Of a stretch of DNA of 64,000 nt, positions 32,494 to 42,511 are shown one piece after another (the stretch's first letter is position 1; each line of letters begins with the position of its first letter). This DNA is from Deltaproteobacteria bacterium. GTDB taxonomy: Bacteria; Desulfobacterota; Binatia; UBA12015. A program made the translations under genes and the position numbers. Under the pieces are notes generated by a model that was not told the origin of the DNA, made no database searches, and saw only the letters and a program-made list of their open reading frames with translations. Location: positions 1 to 64,000 of the forward strand of contig JAYGCM010000075.1 in the NCBI GenBank assembly GCA_046583355.1, written 5' to 3'.

Positions 32494-33569
32494 TCGCGAG
32501 TGCTCCTGGTAAGCTCTTCGTGCTGGGCGAATACGGGGTGCTTGCGGGCGGCTGCGCGATTGTCGCGGCAACCGAGCGTCGCCTTGGCTGTCGCCTGCTG
32601 GTGGGTGCCGGTGCCGCTACCTTGCGGGTCGAGCGAGGCGGCGAGAGTTTCGCAGTCGCGCCGGAATTCGAGCGGGTCAGCGAGATCCCCGAACGCCATC
32701 GTTTTGCCTTGATAGCGCTCCTGGTGGCAACGCGTGCCTGCGGCATGCGCACGGGTTCGTATATTCTGCGCCCCGGCGAGAACCTCGATCAGGGTGCGGC
32801 CAAGGTCGGCCTTGGTGGGAGTGCGGCGATTACCGCCGCGGTATTCGCTGCGGTAGCGGCTCTGCCGGATGCCATGGCCTTGCGCGACCCGATGCGGCGC
32901 GCCCACCTGGCTTTGCAGGCCCATCGCCTCGCCCAGGGCGGCGGCTCGGGCGCCGATGTCATTACCGCGACACTGGGCGGGCTTCTCTATATTCCTGGAG
33001 TAGGGACGGCGGCCGCGCCCGCCGACGTCGGCGGGGCGTTGCAGGCTGCTACCTCGGCGCTGCGTGTCGAGAAAATCCAGCTACCCCCAGGGCTCGCCCT
33101 GGAGGCCGTGGCGAGCGGTCGCCCGGCGCGTAGCGGTCCGCGTGCCCAACGCTTTGGCGAGGCCCTGGCAGGGCACGCCTGGCTCGGAGCGCCGGGTGCC
33201 GAGTTGCTGGGGGATTGGGTCGGGGCGATGGCGGATGCGACCAACGCTCTGCGTGCGGCCTGTCTCGAAGGCGCGGCCGATGCGGCGCTTGCGGCCCTGC
33301 GCCAAGGCCGGGAGCTTTTCCGAATTCTCCCGGCACTCAGCGGGATTCCGGTCTGGACGCGTGAGTTGCGCCGCATTGACCAGCACCTTGGCGCGCTACC
33401 GGCGGCGGTCAAGCCCTCGGGTGCCGGTGGTGGCGATTGTGCGATCGCGCTTCTGCCGACCTCGCATCGCGACCACTGGCGTGCAAAAGCAGCGCAGGCA
33501 GGCTTTGCCTCGGTCGCGCTGGCCGAGGCGGGCGAGGGTGCCTCCGCCCGAATCGAAAGAATATCATGA
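32484..33569 (+). CDS. Phosphomevalonate kinase (GHMP family)
   Basis: SAPGKLFVLGEY, GLGGSAA, GSGAD, KPSGAGGGDC. Confidence 0.87.
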   Translation: MEVVASAPGKLFVLGEYGVLAGGCAIVAATERRLGCRLLVGAGAATLRVERGGESFAVAPEFERVSEIPERHRFALIALLVATRACGMRTGSYILRPGENLDQGAAKVGLGGSAAITAAVFAAVAALPDAMALRDPMRRAHLALQAHRLAQGGGSGADVITATLGGLLYIPGVGTAAAPADVGGALQAATSALRVEKIQLPPGLALEAVASGRPARSGPRAQRFGEALAGHAWLGAPGAELLGDWVGAMADATNALRAACLEGAADAALAALRQGRELFRILPALSGIPVWTRELRRIDQHLGALPAAVKPSGAGGGDCAIALLPTSHRDHWRAKAAQAGFASVALAEAGEGASARIERIS

Positions 33570-34648
33570 CGCGTAGAGTGAAACCCACTGAGGCCGACCT
33601 CATAGCCGAGCGCAAGCAGGCGCATCTTGATCTCTGTCTGCGCGAGGACGTCGGCGCGGCGACCAAGACGACCCTTCTCGAAGAAGTCGAACTGGTGCAC
33701 GAGGCGCTTCCGGACCTGGGGTTTGATACGCTTGATATCCGGCGCCAATGGCTGGGCAAGGAGCTGGCCGCACCGCTGGTGATTACGGGTATGACGGGAG
33801 GCACGCGACAGGCCTTCGCGGTGAACCGCGACCTGGCCCGCATTGCCGAGGGAAAGGGCATCGCCTTCGGCGTCGGCAGCCAGCGTGCGATGCAGACCCG
33901 GCCGGATTCGGCTTGGACCTATGAGGTACGCAAGCACGCCCCGACAGCCATATTGCTGGCGAATATCGGACTCGGCCAGGCACGCACGATGAAGCTTGAC
34001 GAATTCCGCGCCCTGGTAGAGGCGCTGGGCGCCGACGCGCTCTGCCTGCATTTGAACGTCGGACAGGAAATGATTCAGCCCGAGGGTGACCGTGCCTTCG
34101 AGGGTGGTCTCGCGACCTTTCGCCGTCTTTGCCGCGGTCTCGAGGTTCCGGTGATCGCCAAGGAGACCGGCTGCGGGATTTCGCAGACGACGGCGCTGCG
34201 TCTCAAGCGTGCTGGTGTGCGGCATCTCGATGTTTCCGGCGCCGGCGGAACCTCGTGGATTCGCATCGAAGCATTGCGTGACGACTCGGACGAAGGGCCG
34301 GGTGCGGTTTTTCGCGATTGGGGGATCCCGACCGCCGGCAGCTTGCTGCAAGTGCGCCGGCTGGGTCTGACGACGATTGCCAGCGGCGGTATCCGCAGCG
34401 GCCTCGATGTTGCGCGCGCGATCGCCTTGGGCGCGTCGCTGGCGGGCGTCGCGCTGCCGGTTTATCAGGCCTACCGCAATGGCGGCGTGGCGGCGGCGGG
34501 GGCCTGGATCGACCGCCTGATCCACGAACTCAAGATCGCGATGCTGCTCACGGGCAGCAAGGATCTGGCTCGGCTTGGCCGAGCGGCGCAGATTCTCGGG
34601 CCTCGTCTGCAGGCCTGGGAACCCCGCAACCCGCGAAAGACAAAATGA
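33566..34648 (+). CDS. fni: Type 2 isopentenyl-diphosphate isomerase
   Basis: RKQAHL, GMTGG, GVGSQR, HLN..QE..QPEG, KETGCG, GAGGTSW. Confidence 0.96.
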   Translation: MTRRVKPTEADLIAERKQAHLDLCLREDVGAATKTTLLEEVELVHEALPDLGFDTLDIRRQWLGKELAAPLVITGMTGGTRQAFAVNRDLARIAEGKGIAFGVGSQRAMQTRPDSAWTYEVRKHAPTAILLANIGLGQARTMKLDEFRALVEALGADALCLHLNVGQEMIQPEGDRAFEGGLATFRRLCRGLEVPVIAKETGCGISQTTALRLKRAGVRHLDVSGAGGTSWIRIEALRDDSDEGPGAVFRDWGIPTAGSLLQVRRLGLTTIASGGIRSGLDVARAIALGASLAGVALPVYQAYRNGGVAAAGAWIDRLIHELKIAMLLTGSKDLARLGRAAQILGPRLQAWEPRNPRKTK

Positions 34649-35955
34649 GCAAGAAGAGAAAATCACGGATCGCAGGGTTTCATCGTCTCGAGGTGGCCGC
34701 GCGCCAGGCCGAGATCGTGCGGCTGTGGAATCTGGATGCCGACGATCATGCCGCGCTGCGCGACGAGGCGCCGCTGCCGCTCGCGCGCGCAGCCGGCCTC
34801 TCCGAGAATACCATCGGCGTCTATGCGCTCCCTTTGGGAGTTGCGCTGAATTTTGTCGTCAATGGCAAAGAGATTCTCGTGCCCATGGTCACCGAAGAAC
34901 CCTCGGTGGTGGCGGCGGCCTCCAACGCGGCGCGCCTGGCGCGGCCCGGCGGCGGCTTCCGTGCCGAGGCGGACGCCTCGCAAATGATTGCGCAGATTCA
35001 ATTGGTGGACGTCGCGGACCCCGAGGCTGCGTGTGCTCGGATCGACGCGGCTCGCGAGCAATTGATGGCACGCATCGACGAGGTCGCACCAGGGATGGCG
35101 CGGCGTGGTGGCGGTGCGCGCGGTGTTGACGCACGCATTGTCAAAGCGCCGCTCGATCATACCTTCGTTGTGGTGCATCTCCATGTGGAGGTAGGCGACG
35201 CGATGGGCGCCAATGCGATCAATACCATTGCCGAAGAACTCTCAGACGAGATCGCGATGCTGGCAGGCGGTGTGGCACATTTCCGCATTCTCTCGAACCT
35301 CTCGGACGGCCGATTGGCGCGCGCCGAGGTGCGTTATTCCTTTGCGGCCCTGACTCTGCCCGAGCGTCCTGGGGCGCAGGTCGCCCGGGCCATCGAGTTG
35401 GGGAGCCTCTTTGCCGAGGCCGATCCCTATCGCGCGACGACGCATAATAAGGGGATCATGAACGGCATCGATGCGGTTGCGCTGGCAACCGGCAACGATT
35501 GGCGGGCATTGGAGGCTGGTGCGCATGCGTTTGCCGCGCGCGCCGGCCGCTACACGGCGCTCTCGACCTGGCGTGTAGAGGGCGAGGCGTTGGTCGGGCG
35601 CATCGAGTTGCCGCTGGCGGTGGGGACTGTGGGTGCGACGGTCGATGGAAACCCGCGCGCGCGGCTCGCCTTGCGTCTGCTTTCCACGACTGATGCCCGC
35701 GAATTGGCGGGCATCCTCGCTGCCGTCGGGTTGGCGCAGAATTTCGGCGCGCTGCGGGCTCTTGCCACCGAAGGCATCCAGAAGGGGCATATGTCCCGCC
35801 ATGCACGCGCGGTCGCGTCCGGTGCCGGTGTGCCGCCGGAACGGGTCGAGGAGGTCGCTGAGATGCTGATCGCAGCCGGCGATATCAAGGTAGAAAATGC
35901 CAAGCGAATTTTCGCCGAGCATTGGCCCGATGCCGCCGCGGAAAATGGCTCTTGA
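34645..35955 (+). CDS. mvaA: HMG-CoA reductase, class II
   Basis: ENTIG, EEPSVVAA, DAMGAN, THNKGIMNG, GIQKGHM. Confidence 0.95.
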   Translation: MSKKRKSRIAGFHRLEVAARQAEIVRLWNLDADDHAALRDEAPLPLARAAGLSENTIGVYALPLGVALNFVVNGKEILVPMVTEEPSVVAAASNAARLARPGGGFRAEADASQMIAQIQLVDVADPEAACARIDAAREQLMARIDEVAPGMARRGGGARGVDARIVKAPLDHTFVVVHLHVEVGDAMGANAINTIAEELSDEIAMLAGGVAHFRILSNLSDGRLARAEVRYSFAALTLPERPGAQVARAIELGSLFAEADPYRATTHNKGIMNGIDAVALATGNDWRALEAGAHAFAARAGRYTALSTWRVEGEALVGRIELPLAVGTVGATVDGNPRARLALRLLSTTDARELAGILAAVGLAQNFGALRALATEGIQKGHMSRHARAVASGAGVPPERVEEVAEMLIAAGDIKVENAKRIFAEHWPDAAAENGS

Positions 35956-36878
35956 GCAGCGCGTTTGATTTCGCCGCCGCGTCGGGGCGTGGCCATGGCA
36001 AGATCATTTTGCTCGGCGAACACGCCGTCGTGCACGGCCGTCCGGCTCTCGCCGCCGGCCTCCCGCAGGGCGTAGATATTCGGTTGCTTGGCGCTGGGCC
36101 GGGTGAACGCCGTGTCCCGGCCGGTGTCGATGCGCGGCTCGAAGAGGTGCTGCGTCTCGCCGCGCGTCTCGGCGGCCTGCCCGACGAACTTGGCTTGGCC
36201 TTGCAGATCGAAGGCGACCTGCCGATTGCCGTCGGCCTCGGCAGTTCGGCTGCTCTGGCGGTGGCCTTGGTGCGCGCGCTCGCGGCCGGCAGCTCGGAAG
36301 CTCTTGACGATACGCAGGTGGCCGCGCGGGCCAATCAGATCGAAGCGATCTTTCATGGGCGCCCCTCGGGGATCGATGTGACGACAGCCGCGCGCGGTGG
36401 CGTGCTGCACTTTCGCATGGGCCCGCCGCTAGAGCATCGTATGCTCGCCTTGGGACGCTCGCTGGATTTCCTGCTGATCGACACCGGCACGCAACACTCG
36501 ACCGCGACGACGGTCGGCTCGCTCGCCGAGCGTGCTGCCGCGTCGCCGGCGACGCATGCACCGCTTTTCGATGCGATTGGCACGCTTGCCGAGTTTGCGG
36601 AAACCTGTCTGCTCCACGGTGAGGTGCACGGCCTCGGCGAAGCGATGACGATGAACCACGGCCTTCTGCGTACGCTCGGTGTCTCGACCGAAGAGCTCGA
36701 TGCTGCTGTGGCTGCTGCACTCGCTTGCGGTGCTTTGGGGGCCAAGCTGACGGGGGCAGGCGGCGGCGGCGTGGTGCTGGCCCTTTTGGGCCCCGAGAGT
36801 GAGGGACTCGCCGAGGCGTTGGCGGCGCGCGGCTATACCACTCGTACGGCGCGGCTTGCAGCCGGCGCCGCGGCGTGA
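35952..36878 (+). CDS. mvk: Mevalonate kinase
   Basis: GKIILLGEHAVVHG, GLGSSAA, HGRPSGID, GAKLTGAGGGG. Confidence 0.93.
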   Translation: MSSAFDFAAASGRGHGKIILLGEHAVVHGRPALAAGLPQGVDIRLLGAGPGERRVPAGVDARLEEVLRLAARLGGLPDELGLALQIEGDLPIAVGLGSSAALAVALVRALAAGSSEALDDTQVAARANQIEAIFHGRPSGIDVTTAARGGVLHFRMGPPLEHRMLALGRSLDFLLIDTGTQHSTATTVGSLAERAAASPATHAPLFDAIGTLAEFAETCLLHGEVHGLGEAMTMNHGLLRTLGVSTEELDAAVAAALACGALGAKLTGAGGGGVVLALLGPESEGLAEALAARGYTTRTARLAAGAAA

Positions 36879-36891
36879 TTGCGAGGACACG

Positions 36892-37092
36892 ATGGGCAAA
36901 CGCGGCAAGGCAGCGAAGAAAGCGGAAGCGCAAGGGCGGCCGCCAGAGGCTTGGGTTTTGCCCAGCGTCGTCGTGGTGAGCGCGGTGGTTCTCGTCACCG
37001 CAGCGACCACCGACCAATGGCGCGGCGCCTTCATGACCGAGATCCAGATTCTTGTCGTCGGGGCCGCCGCGTGGTGGGGCCTGCGGCGCTGA
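36892..37092 (+). CDS. Small membrane protein
   Basis: GAGG RBS, basic N-terminus, two hydrophobic stretches. Confidence 0.55.
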   Translation: MGKRGKAAKKAEAQGRPPEAWVLPSVVVVSAVVLVTAATTDQWRGAFMTEIQILVVGAAAWWGLRR

Positions 37093-37238
37093 AGACGGGG
37101 CAGTAGCGCCGCAATCGACTCTTGGAGGCCCCTTTTTAACTTCGGCAGGACTTCGCTTCGGGGCGTGTGGAAGGCCCCGCAGTGCTCTGCTAACTCAGTG
37201 GCGGTGCTTCCGCGCAATTCGGGGGCCCTTATACCCTG

Positions 37239-38780
37239 ATGAACGAAGAAATAGTTGAAGTTCCGAATATTCCCGTAGCTACCCACCGAGCAGATGACGT
37301 CGAAGAGGTCCGTTTTGCGGACCTCGGCCTGCCGGAGGAAATTCAAGCGGGAATCGATACGGCCGGGTTCGAGTTCTGTACCCCGATCCAGGCCAAAACC
37401 CTGCCGATTACTCTCGGTGGCAAGGACGTCGCGGGCCAGGCCCAGACGGGCACAGGCAAGACGGCTGCTTTTCTGATCAGCGTCTTCGCGCGCCTGCTGG
37501 CCAATAAGCGCGAGCGCCGAAAAGGCGCGCCTCGTGCCCTGGTGATCGCACCAACCCGCGAACTTGCCGTGCAAATCGGCAAGGACGCCATGGAACTCGG
37601 CGCCAACTGCGGTTTCTCGATTCAGGTCGTGTACGGCGGCGTCGACTACCGCAAGCAGCGCGAGGAACTGGCCGAGGAAGTCGATATTCTGATCGGTACG
37701 CCTGGACGGCTGATCGATTATTATAAACAGCGGGTCTACACGCTCGACGCAATCGAGACCGTGGTGGTCGACGAAGCCGATCGCATGTTCGATATGGGCT
37801 TCATTCAGGACCTTCGCTTCTTGTTGGGCGGTTGCCCGCCGCCTGCCGAACGCCAATCCCTGCTCTTTTCGGCCACGCTTTCCTATGCCGTCATGGAGCT
37901 CGCTTTTGTCTTCATGAACGATGCAGTCAAGATCGAAATTGAGCCGGATCAGGTCACGGCAGCGAATGTAAAGCATGTGCTCTACCACGTCGGGCAGGAC
38001 GAGAAATTCCCGACCCTCTTCGGTGTATTGAAGGCCGAAGGTCCCGAGCGCACCCTGATTTTCACCAATATGAAGCGGATGGCCGACGATATTGTTCGGA
38101 CGTTGGAGCTCAATGGCTACCATGCCGAGCAGATCACGGGCGATATCGACCAGCGCAAGCGCGAGCGTATTCTGGAAGAGTTCCGCGCCGGCTCGGTGCC
38201 GATTCTGGTCGCGACGGATGTGGCCTCGCGTGGCCTGCATATCGAAAACGTCACGCATGTGATCAACTTCGACCTGCCGCTTGACGCCGAAGATTACGTC
38301 CATCGCGTCGGTCGCACCGCGCGCGCGGGTGCCTCGGGCACGGCGATTTCACTTGCCTGTGAGCGTTACGTTGAGGGGCTCGAGGCGATTGAGAAATTCG
38401 TCGGCTTCAAATTGCCCTTCGATTTCCCCGACGAGAGTATGCTCCTGGACTTCAAGCGTGCGCCGCGGCGCCCCTTCCGCAAGAAGGGCCCCGGCGGTGG
38501 CAGCGGGCGTGGCGGTCGCAGCGGCGACGGGCGTGGCCGCAGTGATGGCCGTGGACGCAGCGATGGTCGCGGGCGTAGCAGCGATTCGCGTGGTCGCGGG
38601 CGCAGCGACGAGCGCCGCACCTCGGGCTCTTCGAGCTCGGGTGGTGGCGAGGCCAAAGCCGCAGGCGCAACGGCCGAGAAGCGTACGGGTGACGAGCCCG
38701 GCAAAAAGCGTCGTCGGCGCCGCTGGACCAATGATTCCGAGGGCGCGCCGGTAGCGAGCAAGGGCGAATCGGCCGAGTGA
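37239..38780 (+). CDS. DEAD-box RNA helicase (RhlB-like)
   Basis: CTPIQA, AQTGTGKT, PTRELA, DEAD, SAT, HRVGRTAR; RG-rich tail. Confidence 0.95.
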   Translation: MNEEIVEVPNIPVATHRADDVEEVRFADLGLPEEIQAGIDTAGFEFCTPIQAKTLPITLGGKDVAGQAQTGTGKTAAFLISVFARLLANKRERRKGAPRALVIAPTRELAVQIGKDAMELGANCGFSIQVVYGGVDYRKQREELAEEVDILIGTPGRLIDYYKQRVYTLDAIETVVVDEADRMFDMGFIQDLRFLLGGCPPPAERQSLLFSATLSYAVMELAFVFMNDAVKIEIEPDQVTAANVKHVLYHVGQDEKFPTLFGVLKAEGPERTLIFTNMKRMADDIVRTLELNGYHAEQITGDIDQRKRERILEEFRAGSVPILVATDVASRGLHIENVTHVINFDLPLDAEDYVHRVGRTARAGASGTAISLACERYVEGLEAIEKFVGFKLPFDFPDESMLLDFKRAPRRPFRKKGPGGGSGRGGRSGDGRGRSDGRGRSDGRGRSSDSRGRGRSDERRTSGSSSSGGGEAKAAGATAEKRTGDEPGKKRRRRRWTNDSEGAPVASKGESAE

Positions 38781-40987
38781 CGCCTGGAGGTCCCGCCGCA
38801 GGCAGGCACCTCGTTCTTGTTGGCGGTGGGCATGCGCATGTCGCGGTCCTCCGTTCTCTGGCTATGGTCAAGGCGCGCGCTGGGCGCGTGACGCTGATTT
38901 CCCCCGGTCGACTCTCGCTTTATTCGGGCATGATTCCGGCGACCTTGGCGGGCGTCGATTCGCTCGAAGAAGGCGCGATTGATGTCGCCGCGCTGGCCGC
39001 GCGTGCGCAATGCACTTTCCTCGCCGACCGGGTGACGGAATTGCACGCCGAGACCCGCCAGATCGTGTTGGCGAGTGGCCGGACACTCTCTTTCGATATT
39101 CTCTCCCTCGATGTCGGATCGCGCTCTCTTGGTGCCGACGCGGTTGCGGGAGCCGCCGGGATCATTCCGGTGCGACCCGTCGAGCAGGCCGCGCGCTCGC
39201 TCCAGAAGGCGTTTGCGAAAATGCGCGCAGGTGAGCTTGCACCCCAGATCGGTGTGGTCGGCGGTGGCGCGGCGGGAATCGAATTGGCCTTCGGGATCCG
39301 GGCGGCGCTTGAGAGCGTCGCGGGCGTCGAGGTGGTTCTTCTTGAGCGCGGCGACACGCTCCTCTCCGGCCAGAAGCTTGCCGTGCGTCAGCGGATCCAG
39401 GGCTTGCTGGAGAAAAAGGGGATCCGTGTGCGCCGCGGCCTGGGCGATATCGAGCCGGCTCCCGGCGGCCTGCGCAGTGCGACGGGCGAGACCTTTGCCT
39501 TGCCGACAATCGTCTGGGCAACCGGCGCGGAACCGCATACCTGGTTGCGCGAGACCGGCCTGATCCGCAGTGGCGATGGCTTCCTTCTGGTTGGCCCGGA
39601 CCTGCGCTGCCGCGGCACGGAGGCCATCTTTGCCGTGGGCGATTGCGCCCGGCTGGCCGACCACCCGGAGATGTCGCGCGCCGGTGTTTTCGCAGTGCGT
39701 CAGGGCCCCGTGCTGACCCATAATTTGCGCGTGCTGCTGGAGCAGCGCGGCCGCATGCGTATATGGCGGCCCCAGAAGGAGTTCTTGCAACTTCTCTCGA
39801 CCGGCGACGGTCGCGCTTTCGCGCTTTATCGGGGCCGCGCGGCGCATGGCCGGCTCTGGTGGTATCTCAAGAATTTTATTGACCGGCGTTTCCTGCGCAA
39901 GTTCCGCCGTCCTGATCCCGCCGCCCTCCAGGCGCCCGGCGGCGCAATGGCCGATGCGATGGACGCGTGTGGCGGTTGCGCGGCCAAATTGCCGCCATCG
40001 GTGCTCGAAGAGGCCATCTTCGCGCCGCTGCCAGCCGATGCCGAGAGAATGGGCAACGCTACGCTCGGCCTGGCCGCGCGCGACGACGCCGCGATCTTCA
40101 TCGCCGGCTCGGACGGTCGGGTGGTCACCACGCTCGACGCCTTCCCGCCTTTTCTCGGCGATCTGCGCGAAGTGGCCGCGATCGGTGCGGTCAACGCAGC
40201 CAGCGATATCTATGCGATGGGCGGCAAGCCGCGGCAGGCTTTGGTGCTGGCCGGGTTGTCGCCTGGGCCCGGCGCTGCGGACGACCTCCGCGCGATCCTG
40301 CTCGGCGCACGCCAGGCCTTCGATGCCATGGGCGTCGAGATCCTCGGCGGGCATTCGGTGGCGTTGGCGACACCCCTGATCGGCTTTACCGTCTTCGGCG
40401 ACTTGGATGGCGCACCGCTGCTCAAGGCAGGCGCGCGGCCGGGCGATCTTCTGGTGCTGACCAAGCCTCTCGGAACAGGCCTGCTGCTGGCGGCCTCGCG
40501 TGCGGGCGAGTGCCCTGCTGCCTGGCATGAGGCCGCGTTGATGAGCATGCGTGCGACCAATGCCGGTGCGGCCGGGTTGCTGCGCGAGGCGGGCGCCACG
40601 GCTTGTACGGACGTCAGCGGCTTCGGACTCCTGGGGCATACGCTGGAGATGTTGGAGGCCGCCAAGGTGCATGCCGATATTATCCTTGATGAAATCCCGG
40701 CGCTGCCCGGTGCGCTTGCGCTGGCCGCGGCCGGCTGGCGCTCCACGGCGGCACCGGGTCTGGCAGGGGCGCTCGGCGAGGTGGAGTTTTCGGCCGATAC
40801 CGCCGCCGAGGATGCTCGGGTGGAGATCCTTCTCGACCCCCAGACCTCCGGCGGCCTGCTGGCGGCGATTCCCGAGGATCGCCTCGCCTGGCTACGAACG
40901 GCCGCGCGCGAGGCGGAGTTGGAGTTGGCCGTGATCGGCTCTGTCCGCGCGGCGGTCGCGGGCGAGTCACGCATCCGCTTGCGCTGA
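38777..40987 (+). CDS. selD: Pyridine nucleotide-disulfide oxidoreductase / selenide,water dikinase fusion
   Basis: GGGHAH and GGGAAG Rossmann motifs, then CGGCAAK, DDAA, SDIYAMGG, TDVSGFGLLGH, DPQTSGGLL. Confidence 0.9.
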   Translation: MTPGGPAAGRHLVLVGGGHAHVAVLRSLAMVKARAGRVTLISPGRLSLYSGMIPATLAGVDSLEEGAIDVAALAARAQCTFLADRVTELHAETRQIVLASGRTLSFDILSLDVGSRSLGADAVAGAAGIIPVRPVEQAARSLQKAFAKMRAGELAPQIGVVGGGAAGIELAFGIRAALESVAGVEVVLLERGDTLLSGQKLAVRQRIQGLLEKKGIRVRRGLGDIEPAPGGLRSATGETFALPTIVWATGAEPHTWLRETGLIRSGDGFLLVGPDLRCRGTEAIFAVGDCARLADHPEMSRAGVFAVRQGPVLTHNLRVLLEQRGRMRIWRPQKEFLQLLSTGDGRAFALYRGRAAHGRLWWYLKNFIDRRFLRKFRRPDPAALQAPGGAMADAMDACGGCAAKLPPSVLEEAIFAPLPADAERMGNATLGLAARDDAAIFIAGSDGRVVTTLDAFPPFLGDLREVAAIGAVNAASDIYAMGGKPRQALVLAGLSPGPGAADDLRAILLGARQAFDAMGVEILGGHSVALATPLIGFTVFGDLDGAPLLKAGARPGDLLVLTKPLGTGLLLAASRAGECPAAWHEAALMSMRATNAGAAGLLREAGATACTDVSGFGLLGHTLEMLEAAKVHADIILDEIPALPGALALAAAGWRSTAAPGLAGALGEVEFSADTAAEDARVEILLDPQTSGGLLAAIPEDRLAWLRTAAREAELELAVIGSVRAAVAGESRIRLR

Positions 40988-41089
40988 GTGCCGCGCAACG
41001 CCGCGGAAGCCTGCGCTAGAGGCCGGGCTTTTCAGCCGTGCCTCCAGGTCGGCTTTTGACCAGACCCTGCGTCCGTGGGAAGGAGACGC

Positions 41090-42130
41090 ATGACCGAAGA
41101 AGAGCCGCAGAGCATCGCCGATCTCCAGATCCAGACAACCTGTCAGTTGCTGATCGCTGCGGTGGCGGTAGGTGGTGCGCTTTATTGGCTGCAAAGCGTC
41201 ATGATTCCCTTTGTCCTGGCGACCTTCCTCGCGCTCGGCCTCGCGCCGATTGCCGACTTTCAGATGCGTCGGCTGCGCGTTCCCAAGACTCTCGCGGTCT
41301 TTGCGACCCTGATTCTGGCCGCCGGCCTCTGCACCATTGGCTTCGCCATTGTGTCGAGCGCCGTCACGCAATTGGCCGCTGGCGCCTCCGAGTACCAGAA
41401 GGGGCTGACCCAGCTTCTCAATTGGGCGGCGGAGGCATTGCCGCTCGAGCGCCTGGGCATCACGGAAGAAGAAGTCCGCGCGCCGCTCTCGCGGATTCCC
41501 ATTGCGACCGTCAGCGGCATGCTGCTTGGCACGACCACGGCGATTCTCGACCTTCTCTCGCAGGCCATGCTGGTTTCCGTCTTTGCGATATTTCTTCTGA
41601 TCGCCTTCACGGGGCGCGAGCCGAGCCATGGCCTTTGGGGTCAGGCGCAGCGCCAGGTGAAGAGCTTTCTCGTCGCCAAGGTCACCGTCTCGGCGGTAAC
41701 AGGCGTGCTCGTCGGCGTGACGCTCAAGTTGCTCGGCGTGGAGTTGGCGTTGGCGTTTGGCCTTTTTGCCTTTCTGCTCAATTTCATTCCGACGATTGGC
41801 TCGGTGGTCTCGACCTTCCTGCCTCTGCCGATTTTGCTCTTGAACCCGGAGATCGGCTTGGGCGTGGGGGCGGCGGCCATCTTGATTCCGGGCTCCATCC
41901 ATTTCGGCATCGGCAATGTGGTCGAGCCGCTGGTGATGGGCGATTCGCTGGAATTACATCCCGTCGCGATCCTGGTCGCCTTGATGATCTGGGGCGTACT
42001 CTGGGGCGTGGTCGGCATGCTCCTGGCAACACCGATCACCTCCGTGATGCGAATTCTCTTCGCGCGAATGCCGCAGACCCGGCCGATCGCCAACCTTCTA
42101 GCCGGCCGCCTCGACCAGGCGCCCGGCTAA
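41090..42130 (+). CDS. AI-2E family transporter
   Basis: LNFIPTIGS, VEPLVMG, LHP, WG..WGVVGMLLATP. Confidence 0.93.
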   Translation: MTEEEPQSIADLQIQTTCQLLIAAVAVGGALYWLQSVMIPFVLATFLALGLAPIADFQMRRLRVPKTLAVFATLILAAGLCTIGFAIVSSAVTQLAAGASEYQKGLTQLLNWAAEALPLERLGITEEEVRAPLSRIPIATVSGMLLGTTTAILDLLSQAMLVSVFAIFLLIAFTGREPSHGLWGQAQRQVKSFLVAKVTVSAVTGVLVGVTLKLLGVELALAFGLFAFLLNFIPTIGSVVSTFLPLPILLLNPEIGLGVGAAAILIPGSIHFGIGNVVEPLVMGDSLELHPVAILVALMIWGVLWGVVGMLLATPITSVMRILFARMPQTRPIANLLAGRLDQAPG

Positions 42131-42156
42131 AGGCCGTGCCTCTAGCCTCGATTTAC

Positions 42157-42350
42157 TGAATAGGATCAGGGATCAGGAGTGATCCATGAGAAAGAATCGA
42201 CGAGAGCGGCGGAAGTTTACGCCTGAGTCCAAGGCGGAAGTGGTTGGGCCATGCGCGGTCGGGGACCGTAGCATCGGGCGGGTCGCGAAGGACTTGGACC
42301 TGACCCAGACGGCGGTCCGGGACTCGGTTCGGCTTGTAGAGATCTGGCCG
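42157..42350 (+). mobile_element. IS3-family remnant (left end and decayed orfA)
   Basis: RRKFTPESKAEVV..RSIGRVAKDLDL HTH; TG-starting candidate left end at 42157; no orfB; right boundary approximate. Confidence 0.75.
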
Positions 42351-42511
42351 GACGTTCTCTGCTGTGCGGCAACTTCTGCCGCGGGCGGGAGCCTTCCTTG
42401 CCCCGGATCGCGCGCCGAGTGTCACCTGGCGTGACGAATATGAAGTACGCCGCCGTCGGGAGGACAAAAAGCACCAGGGTTAGAAATGCGCGTGCGACTA
42501 TGGGCCGAACC

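Noticed and set aside
39960..39990. Selenocysteine (TGA) in the SelD active site
   Set aside because: The codons are TGT and TGC (Cys) and the frame is uninterrupted
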